From NCBI GenBank assembly GCA_051294905.1, contig CM119378.1, forward strand, positions 5,952,001 to 6,016,000: a stretch of 64,000 bases of DNA, given 5' to 3'. Shown one piece after another: positions 1-9,867 of the stretch (the stretch's first letter is position 1; each line of letters begins with the position of its first letter). Below the pieces are notes generated by a model that worked only from the letters and a program-made list of their open reading frames with translations, was not told the DNA's origin and made no database searches. The position numbers and the translations under genes were made by a program. This DNA comes from Botryllus schlosseri. Lineage: Eukaryota.

Positions 1-55
1 ATGCTCGCGTGTCTTATAAGATGGGGTATGAGAAATCAAATGAGCTCTTAGTTAC

Positions 56-3000
56 CGAATATGTGGCTTGAAGGCAAATGAAAATGCCCACCTTGGCTCC
101 TCCGAATTATACCCCACTCCTCCTTCAAATACAAAGTGTTTCGTGGCCAACTTCATCCATTTGATGACAAGTCCCGTGTCTATGCTTTCGGAACTAGCGG
201 ACACGTCCACCAAATACACCACTGTCGCTTCTGCACATAGATGCAGCGAACTGTTTACCGCATACGGTGTTGAGTCATTTTATGGAATAACTTACCGTCA
301 ATCTTTGGTAATTGCAACACGGGCTTCCATGTGGCATGAAATCCCTTCTTATGAAATGCGTCGTCACTGGTAAAACGTACCAACATCCATTGCTCTGTGC
401 TTATCACGGGAGGTACATCGCCAGATTCCGTCAATGGGCCGCTGCGATTATATTTAAAATAAAATCAAAGCTTTGGGCACGGAAGCCGGAATCATAGCAA
501 CCACGCGTTCAGTTGCATTCGGTTCGTAAGTGCATGTTGCAAGAATCTGGCCACTTGTAATAAATTCGAAAGTACCGTTTCCAGATGTGATCAAAGTAGT
601 CAACGCATCTACACAAGTAGAAGTAGAACTAACGGTTTACATTTATATGCAATTACAAGTAGAAGTAGCTATTTCAAAGTCATGTCAAATTATTTCATGA
701 GTAGAAATTGAAGGTATCAAAGATAGGCTACTTAAGTATCTAGTTTCAAAAATAGATTCACTCGGCGGATCGCATACTTTTCGCAGTTAATCGGTGGTGA
801 CCCTTTTGGAATAGCAGGGTTCATCTTCAAATAGGGGCTGAAATAAATTTAGTAACCGTGATATAGGGCTCGTTCGTCCTATTTTCCTGACATTTACGCT
901 CATAAACGTAATTCAACCTTATCCAAAAACTATACTTTGTAGTAGCGGACCGGGGACAAATGTAACAATCGACCTCACCTCAAGGAGGGTGGAATAATTT
1001 AAAAAAAACACGAAATATTGGACACTTGGGTAAATATTTTCTGGTCTGGAATAACTTGTTCAGAAGAATAATAGCTCAAGTGATTACAACGTAATATATG
1101 TAGCTGGAACAATGTTACCATAGTATACCGTGATGATAGGAAAACTAGGACTTACATCGCCGGGAGGTACCATTCTGGGATACTAATCGTGGTCGAGCGT
1201 GTCAGAAGCAATTTTAACACTCTGTTACTTTTGCCCCGTTACTATCTTTTGAATGCTGAATATCTTTGTTCATATGTTGGTATAACCATTCATCTACAGC
1301 AGATTAATCTTGCAACGCAGCCAGAAGTTCAATACCAGAACAAGTACTACCTTGCCATACCAATTCCAACATGATCATCTGTCGGAATGGCCATGAAGAA
1401 GTGGTGATCTGAAGCTTAAGGTTAGGTTATTTCCGTGAATCCACCACCCTTTCTCATGTTGATCGACTGGTGGAGTGTGGACGTTGAATGGTCACTTAAG
1501 AACTTTCCCGTGACTGAATCCTAATCCCCTGACTTTGAGCATCACCCACTTACCTTTTGTTATTTGGTGTGAACAATTCATTTTAATTTTGTACAGAACA
1601 GAAGAATGCCATTAGCTTTGACGCCGCACAATGTTCTGTACTCATTTTCCTACACTATCATCGACCCATTCAACCAAGATATTTTAGCCAGATCGGTTTC
1701 GCACCTTCGCAGGTGACCGAATGTCCAACCCATCATGCACGCTGAACAACAGCACCTTGGCAGGAGAGGTCAAATGTGTGTATGGAGAGGATGGAATAAA
1801 TGTGGTTCTTGTGCACTTTGAGCTCATTCAGCAGGCAAGAAGAATGATTCTGTATTCAGGCGCCAAAATGCGATGGGGCGTATAGCCTGGAAGTGTTCAA
1901 ACTTCTCTTAATGCAATAATACCATTTGTGCTCCCGTTTCCGTTGTTCATTTCGTTACGGTACAGACCGATTGTAACATTTGAACGGAGGTTTTCGCGAC
2001 ACAAAATTTCCTTGATGGATTGTTGATTGAGTTCCATTTTAGTTTTTACATCAACTTATATCGAGTTATTGGCTTCTTTATATGAAACTTTAGAAATAAA
2101 ATTTCCATGAGAAAAACACGTAAAGTTAGAAAATTCAAAACGTGTTACAATTGTCCCCGGTCTCCCCTAGACCTCAAAAAACTGTCAAGTAAAAGTAGGA
2201 GTTGTCTAAAAACAGGATTACTTGAGTAAGTAATGCAGGTGGGCAAAATGTAGTTGAGTACTCGGAAAATGTAGAAGTAGCCTACTTCGTTACTGACAAC
2301 CTCTGAGTCACTGACTATTTCGTTCAAATAATCTCCATGTATTTATAGTGCGGAGTGGGTCCACAAATTCTCTGGTCCTGCTTTTTAAAGCTCTGGTCCG
2401 AATCCGGTCCGACTCCTAGGTAGGGTTCTAAAATGACCGAGCTCCGGTCCGAAAAACTCCGATGATAATTAACTACTCACATGATGGTATTGAATATTGA
2501 TTGAAACAATTCAAATTAAATTAAAAACTCAAAGATCAAGTCTAAGCCTTATCTGAAGTAATTATGCAATATCCGATCCGGTTCCTGTCCATGCCCCGCT
2601 CTATAGTATGTACCTCACTACCTTTTCTGAACATACCTAATCTCTGCAATCTTTTCGTCTTCCTCTTGACTGTAGCCGTCATATATTTTTACCGAATCGA
2701 ACGCCTCTTCAGTCGTAAACTCGTCGAATCTAGATATTGTCGAAACCGTGTATTTCATTTGATATTCGAAGCTCAATCGCCAAGTAAGTTACTCGAGCGA
2801 TATGCGGAATCCTTTCCTGGCCGCCAGCCGCCATTCGCAGTCGACGTTCTCCATGTACATGTCATCGTAGTAGCCCGGCGACCATATAGCTTTGTCGATG
2901 TGATTTTTCGTATCCGGGCAAGAGGCTCGAAGCTCACCATCTTGTCAAAATTAATATCGTCATTAACTTGCGAACGAATTTAGCATCAGTCGAAATGGAT

Positions 3001-6000
3001 AATTTTAAACCGCAAGATGATGATAATATGCTGAGGAGAAGGTAACTTACGGGTGATATTATTGCTTTGAGCCGAGTCCAAGTTAGCGCTGGTCAGACCG
3101 GGACAGCTACTAGTTGTCTAATTGAAACAATGATAGCTAAATGCCGGTAATATAATTCCAATCTCATTTGTAAAATGTTTCCATGCTCTAATTTTAATTA
3201 TGATTCAATTTCTGGTTTTCCTGAAAATGCTCCAGGAGAACTGCGGTGCGAAACTGGCCTAACTTGGTGTACGGAGCTTTGCTATTCTCGTGCTTTTGAC
3301 AGTGAACTCTGATTTGATATGACCTAAGCTTCATTTTTGCTTTATTTCTTTGTACCCGGAATTGAATTCATCATCTAAGATTTTGTTCATCCAGTAATTC
3401 TAATTCAGTCATTCTAAGTTGGAAAAGTTGAATGTTTTGTAGTTGTCCAATGTCCATCTATGGCACAGGTTAAGGCAGTGTTGGGAACAAGTCACTACCT
3501 TCGAGTCACGAGTCATTGCACATTGTGACTCGAGTCAAGTCAAGTCAATCGACTTTCGAAGGTAACTCGAGTCGAGTCAAGTCACTTGATTTTTGGAGAT
3601 GACCCGAGTCAAGTCGAGTCAAGTCAAGTCAAGTCACGAGTCAAGTCACAATTCAAGTCAAGTTGCTTTTTCGTAGTATGAGGCATGGTTACGTCATTGC
3701 ATTTTGATAGCTGTCTGGAATACAGATTGAGTGGTCATTGATTTTGAATGGATGAACGAATATAGAGTTAAATATATGCCCAAGAAGGCGCTGTATCGCT
3801 TACATATACACAGAACTGCTTAACTACGTAAGTAATTGCATAACCTCGGTTTATATTTACCAGTCAAATAGGTAATAGAGAAATGAACTGAAAAGATGCA
3901 ATATATTACCCATTAACAAATTGATATGATACAATTCGAGCCTGCGCCAATGGTTGCTGACTATATAAACAAGAGGTTTGGGTAATGTAAGAACAGAGTA
4001 CAAAAATATACATTTTGCTATTACATTACTTAACCATACTAGTTTACGACAACGTAAGCTGTAAGCTTCGATCACTTCGTTTGCGGTGAATTTATTTGTG
4101 AGAGAACAATGGATGCTCAGTAAAACGCACGATCATTGAATCATTGTTCGCTCTCGCGGGTTACACCAGCGTTTCGCGAACAATCCGAACATAGGCAAAA
4201 TTCAGTGATATTCATCAACACCGAGTACTTGATGACTTGAAATTGACTCGTGAATTTTGCTCCTAGTTACGAGTCAATCCACATTTCTGATACGCCGAGT
4301 CAAGTCAAGTCAAGTCATTTTAGCAAAGTAACGCGAGTCAAGTCAAGTAACACGAAAAAGGTGACTCGAGTCTGACTCAAGTCAAGTCATGACTCGAGTC
4401 ATCCCAACACTGGGTTAAGGACATATCTGTCAATATAATTTAGCCTTTACTCTTTTTCCAATTACAGTGAAATGAGGCAGTAATACTTCCATTGGCACTG
4501 ACTGCAATATCCAGAGTATTAATTGCCATCAGGCAGGTCTTAGTTTGAACCAAAGTGCGATTACTCAGGCGCATGATTTTCCTAGTTGATGTCATTTCAT
4601 AGATATTTCTGAATACCGTCGCTCACTGACCTCCAAAGAATAACGTAGGAACGCTGATTAAATCTTTTATAAGTTGCAGAAAATCAGGTGATACCAGCTC
4701 TGAGAACCGCGATATCCGAAAACCATGCTCAGCCTTGCTGGACATTGCCTGTAAATCGAGATTCACCAGACCCTGCGTCACGGAGTAAGCCTACAATGTC
4801 ACCTGACCTTTGCGTACAGCTCTGTTAACTTTTGGTATTCGTCGTTCATCTTAACCCGCCATCGAGATAGATCTTCTTCTTCGTCGGCAAATGCGATATT
4901 TTCCTGAATGTCGGACTGAAACTTACGGAATATACCACGAAAATAGTCCACGCCTTCGTCATAGTCCTCTCCCACGATAACACCTTTGCTATACAGATAT
5001 AATAGAACACTGATACCTATACATAATTTCTCTATTCACATATACGTACGTATCGAACGCAATACCACGCATCTGCTGTGGGCCCCGTGACTGGTACCGC
5101 CCTCGCACTCCACTCTGACGGTATCGCGGTTGTCGATTCTCTTCGGGATCTGCTATAAATGTTATGACATACGCCCCGGCGTCTTTCAGTCCTCGAATTT
5201 CATCTACAGCGCCGTCCAGCAAACTGTAGCTCATAAAGGGCGTTTGAAAATTCAACACGAGCAAGATCAATGTCGGTTTTTTCCTTGCAAATCCACTGCT
5301 CAAATATCGGCCTGCAGATTCGAAAAGTCGTTTTCGTAACGCGAGACTTTTTTTACTGAAAAAACTGGTATATCGTCGCGTTTTCGGCCATATTTTGTCC
5401 ATGTTAAGGTTTATCAGATTGTTTCAAAGTTAATCATGTTCAAGATAAGGCCAACAGAAAATTAAAATTTTACATAAAGCTGATTTTCTAATTGCAGAAT
5501 GGACATACGCTACTATGATTCAACAACGACGATATTCTGTATTTAATTAAATAATTATTACATTGACATTCATTACCATACTGGTTCACGGTAAACTTCC
5601 TTGGTTATTGGACGTGACCGTTTGGTGATTATCGCCTGTTTTTAAAGATAGTTCCATCCCGCAATCATTACCTTTTATGGTCTGCAGACTTTGTTCCAGG
5701 TCAATTTTATGAGGGGAAAGATCTCCGTCATACCCCATTAGCAGTTCTTCTACTATGCTTTGGTTGTACATGGTAAAGCCCTCGCTGATTTTCGACAAAA
5801 GATTTTTAACAGTCATTTCTATGCAGCACGAATCAAAATCTAAGAAGTTCTGCGCTTTGTCTGTAAGTAGGTCAAGTCCTACTCTGGTTTCGTTCATCCA
5901 ACTGCCCAGTATATTCACTGCTTGCAGTCCTTGCATGGCGAACTTCTTGAAGTTTTCGAAGTCGTCATCCTGTACCGAAGTTGCAGGCGATTATTCATTG

Positions 6001-6200
6001 CTACGAAAGGCCAGCGATCAAATCATTACCGTAACCCCGGAGCGTTGTAACAGGAAAATGATGTCGGAATTGGTACTGATGTCGCTGCTGTGTTTACCCA
6101 CCGCAGCTCGAAAGTCGATGCTCTCTTGGGCGACCGCTGTAATCATTATTTCAAATATGCACATGATTACAATTATACAATAAGTAGAATGAAACGCCAT
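56..6200 (-). CDS. vWA-CUB-vWA secreted/membrane protein, downstream paralogue (3' part lies beyond window start)
   Basis: Phase-consistent GT-AG exons: 6030-6200, 5672-5969, 5050-5311 (donor could alternatively be ~5095), 4808-4988, 4631-4748, 2793-2940, 2637-2729, 296-441, 56-230. Translation: hydrophobic leader MAFHSTYCIIVIMCIFEIMITAVA; vWA-like DIIFLLQRSG..DDDFENFKKF..TRVGL..KPTLILLVLNFQ..LKDAGAYVITF; CUB SC..IWSPGYY..DCEWRL..EFDEFTTEEAFDSVKIYDG..ISTEQWMLVRFTSDDAFHKKGFHATW; second vWA start VVYLVDVSASS. Exon phases match the paralogue at 9868-18714, and three exon lengths are identical (118, 93, 146 nt). Confidence 0.85.
582..750. mobile_element. hAT MITE fragment (GTAGAAGTAG-rich family), one terminus
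   Basis: Begins CAGATGTGATCAAAGTAGTC, matching the reverse complement of the right end of the intact copy at 54538-54793. The other terminus of this family is at ~2175-2305 (CTTCGTTACTGACAACCTCTG). No shared TSD found. Confidence 0.55.
941..2169. mobile_element. TIR element, TA-flanked (Tc1/mariner/pogo-like non-autonomous), in an intron of the downstream vWA-CUB gene
   Basis: Inverted repeats ACCGGGGACAAATGTAACA (~949-967) and TGTTACAATTGTCCCCGGT (~2143-2161), 1 mismatch; TA at both outer ends. No intact transposase recognised inside. Confidence 0.55.
2175..2305. mobile_element. hAT MITE fragment (GTAGAAGTAG-rich family), other terminus
   Basis: Ends CTTCGTTACTGACAACCTCTG, the reverse complement of the left TIR region CAGAGGTGGTCAGTAACGAAG of 54538-54793. 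Confidence 0.55.
3105..3450. repeat. Dispersed AT-rich repeat family, copy 1 (inverted relative to 10422-10830)
   Basis: Internal segment GGTTTTCCTGAAAATGCTCCAGGAGAACTGCGGTGCGAAAC..GAACTCTGATTTGATATGA is the reverse complement of ~10545-10670. Confidence 0.5.
3476..4412. mobile_element. hAT (Buster/Charlie-type) MITE with GAGTCAAGTC subterminal arrays
   Basis: 11-bp TIR CAGTGTTGGGA / TCCCAACACTG; perfect 8-bp TSD GGTTAAGG (3468-3475 and 4413-4420); dense GAGTCAAGTC repeats near both ends. Confidence 0.9.
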
Positions 6201-6399
6201 GCTCACAACTTTCTTATGGACAACCTTTGATTGCTGGTACCAAGAAAGTTTGTTTTGTTTCTGATTGTGATGTCATAGACAAGCGTGTATTCGGATTGTG
6301 AACATTGGAATGGAATGCGAACGATGGGTATTAAAGAACGCTAAAACATAAAAATCCGTCGATGTTGTTTTTGTGATTGGTTATATTATGCCGTGTGCG

Positions 6400-6476
6400 T
6401 CAAATAATTTGGTGTGCCATGCAAAATCATCTCGCGTGCCACAAATGGCACGCGTGACGGGGTGGCTGACCCCTGC
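6400..6476 (-). mobile_element. hAT MITE terminal fragment
   Basis: Minus strand reads CAGGGGTCAGCCACCCCGTCACGCGTGCCATTTGTGGCACGCGAG, a CAGGGG-type hAT terminus with the palindrome CGCGTGCCA-CAAA-TGGCACGCG. Other end not found. Confidence 0.45.
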
Positions 6477-6479
6477 CAT

Positions 6480-6620
6480 ACGCGGATGAGATGGCAAGCA
6501 GGAGCCTAGATAGACCCCCAACACTCAGGTAGGAATTCTGTAGTCGACCTCGGTCGGACTCGAGCCCAAAACCCATTGCTGTTGCAGCTGTGGAATATCC
6601 CACTACGCTACCGCGCCACA
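6480..6620 (-). mobile_element. tRNA-derived SINE family 2, 5' part
   Basis: Minus strand GTGGCGCGGTAGCGTAGTGG (A box) ... GGGCTCGAGTCCGACCGAGGTCGAC (B box-like). Same head as 51285-51545; body continues into sequence shared with 36760-36800. Confidence 0.65.
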
Positions 6621-6727
6621 CATATTTTAATGTAATGGAGGTATGACCAATGTTCCCTCTAATTTTTCACGAGTCTGCGCAAACACGTCAACTTACTGCG
6701 CAGGCCCATGAACAACAGTGCGCAACC

Positions 6728-6972
6728 AGGCCCCCCTTATGGTGATAAACCGAACTTCACCCCCCAGACCTCCCTCGGCATCTACGTTTTTGGCCGCAAT
6801 TTATCATCTACATTGGGTGTCCCTTTAGTGGGTGTATATCCTAGACGCGCGAAGCGCGAAAATTTTATATAATTCATGATTGAATCGGTCAATATGACGG
6901 GAATTGCATATATATTGCTATTATTATTTATCCTCTCTCTGCTCACGTAATCAGATTTACCGGTAGAGCTGA
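6728..6972. repeat. Internal repeat family copy (inverted relative to 7770-8095 and 8170-8460)
   Basis: GGTGATAAACCGAACTTC..ATCTACATTGGGTGTCC..CTGCTCACGTAATCAGATTTACCGGTAGAGCTG is the reverse complement of segments at 7770-8045 and 8170-8460. Confidence 0.65.
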
Positions 6973-7010
6973 TCGAGTGAAGTGTGTTCGAAATGGTAGG
7001 ACCTCTAAAT

Positions 7011-8569
7011 CAGTGGTTCTTAACCTTGCCCCCAGCGCCCCCCAGGGGGCGCTGGCGATGTTGAAGGGGGGCGGAAACGCTCAGGGGGCGATATGGGGGG
7101 CGCTGGGCTCAGGGGGGCGGTATGGGGGGCGCTGGAGAAAAATGGCTTCGCAGTAGATGATGTGGTGATAGGACATATCTTAAATGAGTATTGGGAGCAA
7201 ATTCACACCGAAAACTTCGTTACATATAGCCTTCAAAATACATATAGGTTTAATTGTCCATGGGCGCCTAAATGACTGACACCGAATGTTCCTGTCTTGG
7301 CAATCTGAACCCCAGAAGACGAATTCCATCTGGCAGGGAAAAATTATATGTCAGTGAAGAAATACCAATCTGAAATCGTGTGCGTCTTTTAGTTTAGTAC
7401 GATTGGGCGACAGGGATATTCCTGTTGGGCGATATCCCCGTTGAGCGATTCTATATTTTTTGATATTGCAGACAGGGGGTCACGAAATAACATCATGCAA
7501 CGAGGTCATACCAACGGGTTCGCCCGCCCGAATATGTTTAATTATTGGTAACGGGCCCTACAGTTTCCAAGAAACCTCACAATGTTCGCTTCAAGTTTTG
7601 ATGAGTCTGCGCACACTCAACAACTCACTGCGCTGACCCTTGGACAACAGTGCGTAACGACTAAAAAAAGGTAATAACTCCGGATTTGTTGTGCGCAACG
7701 TAGATTTTCTGTGCGCAGACACCGTGTCAGCACTGCGCACGTGCGCAGCTTAGAGGGACCATTGCACCTAACTCAGCTCTACCGGTAAATGTGTTTACGT
7801 GAGCAGAGAGAGGATAAAAATTGATCTCAATTTACATGCAATTCCCGATGATATTGACCAATTCAATCATTAATTAGTGAAATTTTTCGCACTTCGCGCG
7901 ACTAGGCGAGAATAGCTCCCTCAGTAAATGGACACCCAATGTAGATACCTAATAGGCTATCAGCAAATAGCGGACAGCCTAATGGGGGTCTGGGAGCGAA
8001 GTCCCCCGGAAGTTTGGTTTATCACCCGATGGGGGCCCAGGACCAACGTTTTATGTTTGGGGAGGGGGGCTGACGAAGTGCTGTTACGGCCCTGGTAACG
8101 AATATTTGTACCTGCGGGAACGCCCGAATATGTTTAATTAATAATTACGTGCCCCTTATTTTCCTATACAACAGCTCACTCAGTGTTACTGGTAAATCTG
8201 ATTACGTGGGCTGAGAGGATAAAAAGTTTATAGCGACTTATAAATGTAATTACCATGCATTATGGAAAATATGCAATTACCATGCATTATAGCAAATTTT
8301 GGTACCTAGGGCGACCAGGCCACACAAACTTTGCTGACCACCAAAATCACGATATGGGGTTCGTGGGGGCGAAGCCCTCAGAAGTTCGGTTTATCACCCT
8401 ATGGGTGCGCAAGGCAATCGTTTTTAGGGGGGTTGACGAAGTGCTGTTACGGTCCTCCCTCTTACTCATTGTCTTTATTACATTCCTTACAATATGAAGT
8501 TGAGGGGGGCGCTGGAGCACAATAATTTTTGAAAGGGGGCGCTGGACGAAAAAAGGTTAAGAACCACTG
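7011..8569. mobile_element. hAT (Buster/Charlie-type) MITE nested in 6648-9060, itself containing insertions
   Basis: Perfect 17-bp TIR CAGTGGTTCTTAACCTT / AAGGTTAAGAACCACTG; perfect TSD CTCTAAAT (7003-7010; 8570-8577); GGGGGCGCTG subterminal repeats. Confidence 0.92.
7580..7764. mobile_element. Short CAATGTTCCCTCTAA-family MITE copy nested within 7011-8569
   Basis: CAATGTTCGCTTCAA ... GCTTAGAGGGACCATTG; internal sequence shared with 6648-6727, 8887-9060 and 19591-19791. TSD not recognisable. Confidence 0.65.
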
Positions 8570-9111
8570 CTCTAAATAATAATCAAACATCTTCAGGCGT
8601 CCGTTGGTATAATGACTTCGGTACATAGTTCGGTACTTCTAGCCCATTGTTATTTATAACTTTGTTAAACCATGTTATTTCGCCAGTCCTAGAAAAGATT
8701 GCGCTATTGAAATGAAATCAGTATCGCTCATGCGTAGGCCCTACGAGACCATACTAAAAAAAAATCTCGTTCGTGAGGCGCACGTGATTGCAGATTCTTA
8801 TTTCTTCATGGAGCGCGATATCTACCTTTGCGGGCAGCACTTGTACCTCGGCTTCAGACTTCAGCGATAGCACTATTTTCCCCTGGCTATGTTCCCTATA
8901 ATTTTTCTGCGCGCCCGCGCGGTCCCTTGGACAACAGTGCGCAACGACTGAAAAAAAATCATCACTGCGGATTTTTTGTGCGCAGCCTAGATTTTCTGTA
9001 CGCAGAGACCGTTTCAGCACTGCGCATTTTGCGCACGTGCGCAGCTTAGAGGGAACATTGGGTATGACTAGACCCACCAGGGGAACTGCACGAGTGCACG
9101 TATTCTTGGTT

Positions 9112-9405
9112 ACCTACAAGATAGCGTAATGGTGACGCCTCCGGCTTCTTGATCGGTAGGTTGTGGGCTCGATCCCAGGCGGGTCAGACCAAAGACCTGA
9201 TTTGTAACACTGGTATCTTCTATGACTTTCCTGCTTGGCGCTCAGCATTACCGGGATAACATGGAGGGGTGGTGCAAGGCTTAGAAAGCCTTACAAGGCT
9301 ATATCTGCACCTTCCTTGTCCAGCGGCATGTGTACTGTACATCATGCACTCATAGTATTATGCATATGCACAGATCGTGTGTATGTGTATCACTAGTCCG
9401 GTGTA
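9112..9405 (+). mobile_element. tRNA-derived SINE family 1, copy 1
   Basis: A box TAGCGTAATGG, B box GGCTCGATCCC, then GGGTCAGACCAAAGACCTGATT..CCTGCTTGGCGCTCAGCATT..GATAACATGGAGGG..CCTTCCTTGTCCAG. Near-identical layout at 37125-37396 (-) and 45130-45410 (+). Confidence 0.85.
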
Positions 9406-9469
9406 CAAGCCGCAAAAATACATAACGTCCTTTTCTTGGTGTTGGATGCTTTCTATGCTCTTCCTCGCA

Positions 9470-9635
9470 ATGACGACCGAGTAAACGGTGTCTTACAAAA
9501 AGCCTACAGCATAAGTGGGCCGTGCTACAAATAAGCCGATGAGGAATCAAAAAAAATGAATATCGACCTAGTGTAACTGACCAATGACCATTATTAGTCG
9601 AAGCACTATGAATACCCAAAACAACCAAGTATTGT
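9470..9635 (+). mobile_element. SINE family 2, 3' part
   Basis: GGTGTCTTACAAAAAGCC..AAGTGGGCCGTGCTA..ATGAATACCCAAAACAACCAA, shared with 36785-36935 and with the reverse complement of 51300-51400. Confidence 0.6.
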
Positions 9636-9867
9636 TGAAATTTACACATACATTTGCGATATTCACAGTAAACAAGCTATATATTTTACCAGGAATGGGG
9701 AATTTACTGTTGCTACTTGCTGTTGACGTTACTAAAGTTAAATCAGGCAGTTAGGCACGGGACTTTTGTTCCATTTTCCCTTGCTCCTTCGAAGCAATAA
9801 ATACCCGCGTACAGAAAAAATTATATTGCATATATTGCGCATTTAATGCTCATGGAGCACATGGAAC

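Larger units (their letters stand above)
6648..9060. mobile_element. Composite/nested hAT element bounded by CAATGTTCCCTCTAA TIRs
   Basis: Perfect 15-bp TIR (6648-6662; 9046-9060) and perfect 8-bp TSD GGTATGAC (6640-6647; 9061-9068). The interior holds further MITEs. Confidence 0.85.

Noticed and set aside
2564-2983. 139-aa plus-strand ORF (likewise 5755-6183, 23267-23587, 39636-39962, 49024-49365, 62763-63044)
   Set aside because: Antisense shadows of recognisable minus-strand exons; no independent domain signal.
3520-4400. GAGTCAAGTC / GACTCGAGTC arrays (also 13907-14486, 57984-58414) as CRISPR-like or iteron arrays
   Set aside because: No constant repeat with unique spacers and no cas genes. 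They are subterminal repeats of TIR/TSD-bounded hAT MITEs in a eukaryotic context.
9112-9190. tRNA gene calls at SINE heads (9112, 37396, 45130, 6620, 51545)
   Set aside because: A and B boxes are present, but there is no complete cloverleaf and each continues into a shared repeat body.
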